Shown here piece by piece: positions 58,577-64,000 of a DNA stretch of 64,000 nucleotides (its first letter is position 1; every line of letters starts with the position of its first letter). A model generated the notes under the pieces. That model saw only the letters and a program-made list of their open reading frames with translations. It ran no database searches and was not told the DNA's origin. The position numbers were made by a program, and so were the translations under genes. The stretch is from a virus (taxonomy: Duplodnaviria; Caudoviricetes): the IMG/VR virus record IMGVR_UViG_3300028048_002144. One strand, 5' to 3'.

Positions 58577-60061
58577 TTACTTCTGGCTTTTATATGCCAT
58601 AATCTTTTCCTCTATTGAATTTTCATCTTGTATTAGTTCTGGTTCAAGGGCAGCCATTTTTATATTTTCATTATTATTCTCATCTGAATTATTCTTGTTT
58701 GGTTCAGTATCATTAGCCTTTACAACATCAGTAGCTTTTAAATTAAGCTTATCTCCCCAAATAGCTGCAGCTTTTTCTTTGTCCATTTTATCTTTCTTTG
58801 TTTCTTTATAGCCCTGCTCTATTAAGTTTTCTTTTACAAGCTCATTTTCAAATGGATTTGTAATCTGGGCATTCTTGAATTTCTTCTTTATCTTTGAAGG
58901 AATTACTGTTCGATAGAATTCTCCATCATCTAATAACAGATAACATTTATTTTCCCCTTCATCATTTGAGAAGAATCCGATCTGATCGATATATCGTCTC
59001 TGTCCACCTTTTCCATCTGGTTTCATAGATACCATGATCGCTACATCTATGAATTCATATACGTTATTCTTGAATCGCTTCTCTACAATACTATCATCAA
59101 TCATGTTTACCATTCGTTCTGGTACTTTTCTTACATCATCTGTATGTAGTGTAGTGATTCCGTTTACACCAGTAGTAAATCCCTGCATAAGATACTTAAC
59201 TTCGTTTGCTCTTGTTTCAGCGATCATTATCCAGTCTGGATTCTGCTTTAGTGATGCTACAATTGCGTCTGAATATGTAATATCTTTATTAGTCTTCATT
59301 TCAATTACATCTGCAGTTGGATTCAAGGCTTTATAATGCCATTCAAGTACATCTTCAATAGTGATTACTCTTTCGAGATCAGGGATATACTTTGAAATAA
59401 ATTTTGCAAGCTCTGTTTTTCCGGCTCCAGGGTTTCCACAAATAATTACATTCATATGTGCTTTTACGAAATTAGCAAGCAAACATAATACTGGTTCGCT
59501 TACATAAGCTTCTTCAAGAGCTTTACCTTCTTTGATTCGTTCTACTACAGGTGTCTTTCTGATACAGATAGATAATCCTGTCTGAGCAATAGATGGATGC
59601 ACAGATGAAAAACGAAGATCTTTTGTTTCAGCTTCCAAGAATGGATTCTTCTGATTGAATTCCTGGGACTGGATATTTGCTACGTTCTGCGCAAGCTTTG
59701 TCATAGCTTCGATTGTTAATTTACTCTTATCGAAGTATTCTGGTGTATGTCCATCTTCGATTTCTTTTCCATTTGCATCGTATTTCGCTAACATATCCTC
59801 TCCGTCTTTAGCTTTCCAATGACGGTTATAGATATCTGTTAATACTAATTCTCCATTGTTATAGTCTACGTCAGTTATATCTGTATTCTGTACGTAACCT
59901 TTAATGGATTCGAAATCCTCTATAAACAACTGAAATCCAGCATGTGTTTCTGATGCCTGGACTCCTTCTTTCTGTTCGATCTTTTCTTTTATTGTGAATG
60001 CGTCATCTGAAAAAACGTTTTTATTATCAATCGTTTCTTCGGGTATTTTTTTATTGAACAT
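58577..60061 (-). CDS. cpaF: TadA/CpaF (VirB11-like) ATPase
   Basis: ICIRK, GNPGAGKT, ITIEDVLE, QNPDWIMIAETR, TTLH. Confidence 0.88.
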   Translation of the reverse strand: MFNKKIPEETIDNKNVFSDDAFTIKEKIEQKEGVQASETHAGFQLFIEDFESIKGYVQNTDITDVDYNNGELVLTDIYNRHWKAKDGEDMLAKYDANGKEIEDGHTPEYFDKSKLTIEAMTKLAQNVANIQSQEFNQKNPFLEAETKDLRFSSVHPSIAQTGLSICIRKTPVVERIKEGKALEEAYVSEPVLCLLANFVKAHMNVIICGNPGAGKTELAKFISKYIPDLERVITIEDVLEWHYKALNPTADVIEMKTNKDITYSDAIVASLKQNPDWIMIAETRANEVKYLMQGFTTGVNGITTLHTDDVRKVPERMVNMIDDSIVEKRFKNNVYEFIDVAIMVSMKPDGKGGQRRYIDQIGFFSNDEGENKCYLLLDDGEFYRTVIPSKIKKKFKNAQITNPFENELVKENLIEQGYKETKKDKMDKEKAAAIWGDKLNLKATDVVKANDTEPNKNNSDENNNENIKMAALEPELIQDENSIEEKIMAYKSQK

Positions 60062-60141
60062 ATTTTTTCCTTTCTTTTAAAAAAGAGGCTCTAGTAATAG
60101 AGCCTCTATCTTTTTGCCTTTTTAGGGCTTTCTTACAGTTA

Positions 60142-60345
60142 TTATGGGTTTGGTTTAGCATCTGGAGTATTGATACTTGAATTATTCTTCTGCTGGAGAG
60201 AATCTGTCTGTGTCTTGAAGTCACTTACGATTCCCTTCATATTTGCATCAATTGTTCCTCTCAAGGAAATTACAATTCCGATCAGAATAATACATGCTAC
60301 TGCAGTGATAATCGTTGGTCCCCATTCACGTAAAAATGATACCAT
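60142..60345 (-). CDS. Flp-like pilin
   Basis: 67 aa, FLREWG plus hydrophobic helix, upstream of tadA; AGGAGG RBS. Confidence 0.65.
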   Translation of the reverse strand: MVSFLREWGPTIITAVACIILIGIVISLRGTIDANMKGIVSDFKTQTDSLQQKNNSSINTPDAKPNP

Positions 60346-60620
60346 AAGTCTTTTCCTCCTAAGTTGAATAAAAAGTTTATATTAGCAAGGGCTTAATTGC
60401 TTTTAACAAAATCCCCATTGCTCTTTTAGTTTTTTGCGGTAATCTGGAGTAACAAGAAACATCAGAAAAATCTTGTTACTCCTTCTACCTTACCGAGTTA
60501 GTTTTGTTCGGAGCTTTGCTTTTGTTAGATAACTTGGACCTATCCTTCCTTATTATCTTCGCATTGCTCTTACTATTAAAAATATGACAGATAGATAAAT
60601 CTGCTATATTTTATCGAAGC

Positions 60621-61169
60621 TTACACATACGAATTCTGTAAAAACTCTATTGTTTTTTCGTGGTAATTAGCATTCTCCGTCTTACTCATTAAATCGAACG
60701 CTTCTTCTCTAGTTAATGCGTCTCGATATGGTCTTGACGATGTTAATGCTTCATACACATCTATCGTATGCAGGATCTTTGCATATTCTAGTATCTTTTC
60801 CGTTTTCTTAAATTCAACCGGCATTAATGTTTCAGGATTTTCAGTATGATGATACAGTATGATGTATCGAACTTCTTCACTTATGTTCGTTTCATTTAAT
60901 AGTTCAAAACTAAAATATGCATGGTAGTTAACTATCTTTCTTTCAAGATTAGTTAATCGTCCAGGTTTATTCAGAATGCTTTCTGATAGGTAATATTTTC
61001 CTACGTCATGGAATAATGCTGCGGTAGATAAAACCCCTTCATCTAAATTTAGGGTTTGTTCTAAAACCTTCGCTATGTTATACATTCTGATACTGTGTCT
61101 TCGGGTAATTAAGGGTAATCTCTCTACGAGTTCACTTTCCTTATCTCCCCACTGGTCAAAATTTTCCAT
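60621..61169 (-). CDS. HD-GYP-family protein (putative c-di-GMP phosphodiesterase)
   Basis: TRRHS, FHDVGK, ILNKPGRL, YHH, IDVYEALTSSRPYR; canonical GYP not evident. Confidence 0.85.
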   Translation of the reverse strand: MENFDQWGDKESELVERLPLITRRHSIRMYNIAKVLEQTLNLDEGVLSTAALFHDVGKYYLSESILNKPGRLTNLERKIVNYHAYFSFELLNETNISEEVRYIILYHHTENPETLMPVEFKKTEKILEYAKILHTIDVYEALTSSRPYRDALTREEAFDLMSKTENANYHEKTIEFLQNSYV

Positions 61170-61537
61170 CTATTTCTTAGCAGGATACCTCGATTTTTAT
61201 AAGTCAAGAATCCCCTACGTCTCCTTTCTGTAAATTACTGATATGTTTATTGCTATAAGCCGGTACATACCAACCGTAATGCAGCCTTCGCCAATGTTAT
61301 TATGAGGTTTTTGTAAGCAACACTGTTCCTACCCATCAGAACTGTTTAATCACTTACCTTAGAGCTACAGACTAGGCTGTACATCCGTAGGTAACTATAC
61401 ATGACAATGAAACTGCTAATGTTTCATTGTATATTCTCATATAACGTAGTCAGTTAAGACTTAGGCTAGTCAATTAAGGCTTTTACAAGCCTCCACTTCA
61501 ATGATTATGAAATAATCGTAAGTGGTGGGTTATTGAC
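61170..61537 (-). mobile_element. Non-autonomous IscB-type element with near full-length omegaRNA (HEARO) and no iscB ORF
   Basis: GTCAATAACCCACCAC..GGCTTG..AAGCC..TTGACTAGCCTAAG..ACTACGTT..GTTACC..GCTCTAAGG..TTAAACAG..AACAGTG..AACATTGGCGAAG..AGAAAGGAG; followed by ATGGA. Confidence 0.9.
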
Positions 61538-61645
61538 ATATAATTTCCTTTTAGTTTTTGTTTACATTTTTAATATGACAGATGTATATTTTTATATTTG
61601 GGCATGAAAAAAGACCGTTATTTTAAACGGTCTTTTATTAAAATA

Positions 61646-61984
61646 TTAACTTCTATATGTTGCAGCAAAGAATCCTATTAAAATATTATCATCTCTCATC
61701 ACCTCATAATTTGTTTCTTTGTAATAAGTGTCCTGTGTCAACCAATCGGTATATATTCGATAGATAATCCTGGCTATTTTAAAACTTCTTTCATCTACTG
61801 ATAAGTCTTTATAAGTATTCGATGATCCAAATTCTTCGTTCCAAATCTTATCTACTAATTTCTCTGCTCGATCAGATTCAGACATATCAGTATCAAAAAG
61901 AAATAAATTAAGCAGTTTTCTTTTGCATCTTGTTTCGCTCATACCATTAAGTTTTAAATACACAGTGCTGGTCACTAATCCCAT
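61646..61984 (-). CDS. Hypothetical protein
   Basis: 112-aa ORF, operonic. Confidence 0.6.
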   Translation of the reverse strand: MGLVTSTVYLKLNGMSETRCKRKLLNLFLFDTDMSESDRAEKLVDKIWNEEFGSSNTYKDLSVDERSFKIARIIYRIYTDWLTQDTYYKETNYEVMRDDNILIGFFAATYRS

Positions 61985-62337
61985 AGCTTCCTAACCTCCA
62001 ATTCTTTTCCATGCTCCATTAAGTATGGTTTAATATCATGAATAAGCTTAACAGCGTTTTCTTCTAATAGATTTATGCTTGCAAATGCGATAGATTTTTC
62101 ATCACAGCTTTCTAAAACAAGATAATATTCTCTCTTACAAGAAAATATTGTTGTTCTAATATTCTTATATCTAGGTTCTGTTTTGATGGTTTCGTTTATC
62201 GAAATTAAATCAAACAGGTTGCCTTTAAATATAAAGCGATGAACTTCTTTGTTATTGACACGAGTATTTACTTTTTCGTTTTTAATTTCTTCTTTTGTAG
62301 AAGAATTAAAATCTTTAGGCGAAAATGTATAGTCCAT
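61975..62337 (-). CDS. Hypothetical protein; weak resemblance to the MecA C-terminal domain
   Basis: FIFK..DLI..YYLVL..E..L.EHG pattern. Confidence 0.5.
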   Translation of the reverse strand: MDYTFSPKDFNSSTKEEIKNEKVNTRVNNKEVHRFIFKGNLFDLISINETIKTEPRYKNIRTTIFSCKREYYLVLESCDEKSIAFASINLLEENAVKLIHDIKPYLMEHGKELEVRKLWD

Positions 62338-62365
62338 CTATTTTCCTTTCTATTTTAGGTTATTC

Positions 62366-62839
62366 TTACAATTCATCCGCAAGATATTCAAATTCACATC
62401 TTACTAGATTTTCTTTAGTGAATTCATAAGATGTATAACCCTGCTCTACTAATTTCGTATCAGTTAGTGGTGTATTAGCTTCATGGATCAGCTCTACATC
62501 TCTCTGTTCTAACATTTGATTACCTCTTTCGCAATCAAGATAAGAAAAAGCTAATTTGAAATAATTCTTTTCCAAGTCCTTAAGCTCCTCTTTCTTACCT
62601 AACTCAATTAGAGCAATCTTTGCCCAAATGCCAAAATAAGTTAGATTACAGATAAATGCGTTTCTTCCAGTTCCAGAAAAACCAAGTTCGCTATATGAAT
62701 AATCATCTTCATCTTCTAGGTTTAATGCAAAGCTATATTCACCAATTTCCTGCGTATCTTTTATAATTGTCCAGAATTTCTTTAGATCCATAGTTGTCTT
62801 AACTTCTACTTCTCCATAACAATCAGATAGATTTGCCAT
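62366..62839 (-). CDS. Hypothetical phage-like protein
   Basis: 157-aa ORF with AGGAG RBS. Confidence 0.65.
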   Translation of the reverse strand: MANLSDCYGEVEVKTTMDLKKFWTIIKDTQEIGEYSFALNLEDEDDYSYSELGFSGTGRNAFICNLTYFGIWAKIALIELGKKEELKDLEKNYFKLAFSYLDCERGNQMLEQRDVELIHEANTPLTDTKLVEQGYTSYEFTKENLVRCEFEYLADEL

Positions 62840-62840
62840 T

Positions 62841-63110
62841 TTATTTTCTCCTTCTTTTTGCTTCTACTTTTTCTTTATAATCTCCAAAGCTTACTCGTAG
62901 TCTTTTTGTCAGCTTATTTGCTATATAGACTACAATTCCCTTGCAGCCATTCTCTTTTAGCTTCTTTTTCAGTTCATCAAGTCCATAACCACATTCATTA
63001 CGAGACAAATTCCTCGTCTTATCCCAGGCTTCTCTCTTACTATTAGCTATCATAGTGATACTATTTATCTCTTTCGTTTCTTTGTCCTCAAAATCAATTG
63101 CATATAACAT
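62841..63110 (-). CDS. Hypothetical protein
   Basis: 89-aa ORF with AGGAG RBS. Confidence 0.6.
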   Translation of the reverse strand: MLYAIDFEDKETKEINSITMIANSKREAWDKTRNLSRNECGYGLDELKKKLKENGCKGIVVYIANKLTKRLRVSFGDYKEKVEAKRRRK

Positions 63111-63136
63111 GTTTTTCTCCTTTTAAATTTAGATAC

Positions 63137-63523
63137 TTACATTGAAAGCATTATTACTGACTGCTTAATATGTTCAATACAATTACTGTAGTAGCATTTA
63201 TTAGGGTTTAATCTACTTACTCTTATTTTCGTTTTTGCTCCCATATCATTAATTGATGATAAAGAGTCTCTTACCTCTTCAATATATGTTTTGTCTTTTA
63301 CGGTATATTTCATCACAGGGTAATAAAGCGAATATGAATAAGTGTTCCCATCTACATTTTCTCCAGAATGGTCTTCTCTCTTAACTTCAACAAGTTCAGC
63401 TTCTGTCTTATGTGTAGTGAACAGTCTTATAAAATGCATTATTCCTAAAAATATGCTAGTAAGAATCTGTGCAGGGAATGCCATACAAAGTATTGCTGCA
63501 ATAATTATCATTACTATTATCAT
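63137..63523 (-). CDS. DUF3592-like membrane protein
   Basis: N-terminal TM, YYPVMKYTV, NPNK. Confidence 0.65.
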   Translation of the reverse strand: MIIVMIIIAAILCMAFPAQILTSIFLGIMHFIRLFTTHKTEAELVEVKREDHSGENVDGNTYSYSLYYPVMKYTVKDKTYIEEVRDSLSSINDMGAKTKIRVSRLNPNKCYYSNCIEHIKQSVIMLSM

Positions 63524-63529
63524 TTGTTT

Positions 63530-63613
63530 TCTCCTTTCAAACTTTAAAATTCTAGTATTAATATGAATGAAAAATACAAAAAAATACCCAGGAGCTTCGC
63601 TCCCAGGTATTTA
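63530..63613 (-). repeat. Terminator-promoter-RBS intergenic repeat (family with ~4565-4658, 6985-7068, 9590-9710, 16823-16910, 30460-30541)
   Basis: CTCCTTTC..CTTTAAAATTCTAGTATTAATATGAATGA..AAAAATACCCAGGAGC..GCTCC near-identical to 16823-16900. Confidence 0.75.
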
Positions 63614-64000
63614 TGTTTGATTAAAAACATAACCATTCATCCGCTATCTCATAAATAGCTTCTTTTAAGTCTTCTATGAATTCTCTCATCTGTTCTTAAT
63701 TTCCTTTTTCTTTTCTTCCCACTTTCTTTCCTGCTCTTCGGTCATTACTACACAGTATGTTCCGACTTGTGATCTTAAAACATCAGAACCAACTACCTCT
63801 GCACATACCGTAGCAAGTTTTAGTGTGGGGAATGATGTTATTGTTATCATTATTCTTCCTCATAATCTACATATATCTCTACGTAGATACCATCTTCATC
63901 AATTGCCTTTAAATAGATAACCGTATTCTCGTTATATTTAGCATCTATCGAGTCTTTACCGTTATATTTACCGATAATCTTTCCATTCTGATCTCCGAGT

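Overview
AT-rich segment of a large conjugative plasmid or secondary replicon from a low-GC Firmicute (Lachnospiraceae/Butyrivibrio-like gene content; host is inferred). Almost all genes lie on the minus strand. Contents: (1) replication and repair genes (frameshifted DnaE-type Pol III alpha, RecJ, DEDDh exonuclease, guanylate kinase, HAD nucleotidase, two DNA methyltransferases); (2) many small phage-like ORFs in modules bounded by a repeated terminator+promoter unit; (3) an ~8.5 kb RNA island (20.2-28.8 kb) with 18 tRNA or tRNA-like genes, a group I intron with an HNH ORF in tRNA-Leu(UAA), a ~610-nt ROOL-like large ncRNA and a HipA-like kinase pair; (4) an iteron origin with a Rep_3-type initiator and ParA plus partner; (5) a Gram-positive T4SS (VirD4, VirB4, PrgI, VirB6, VirB2, lysozyme/CHAP hydrolase) and a Tad/Flp pilus module with c-di-GMP enzymes; (6) two IscB-less omegaRNA (HEARO) elements, each inserted exactly between an RBS and its ATG. 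The most unusual signals are tRNAs with Cys/His/Trp/Lys anticodons on long-variable-arm scaffolds, tRNA-like RNAs lacking a normal anticodon, a replicon-wide TCATATT promoter motif (~27 copies), and the start-codon-targeting omegaRNA elements. All calls are from manual reading; no searches were run.
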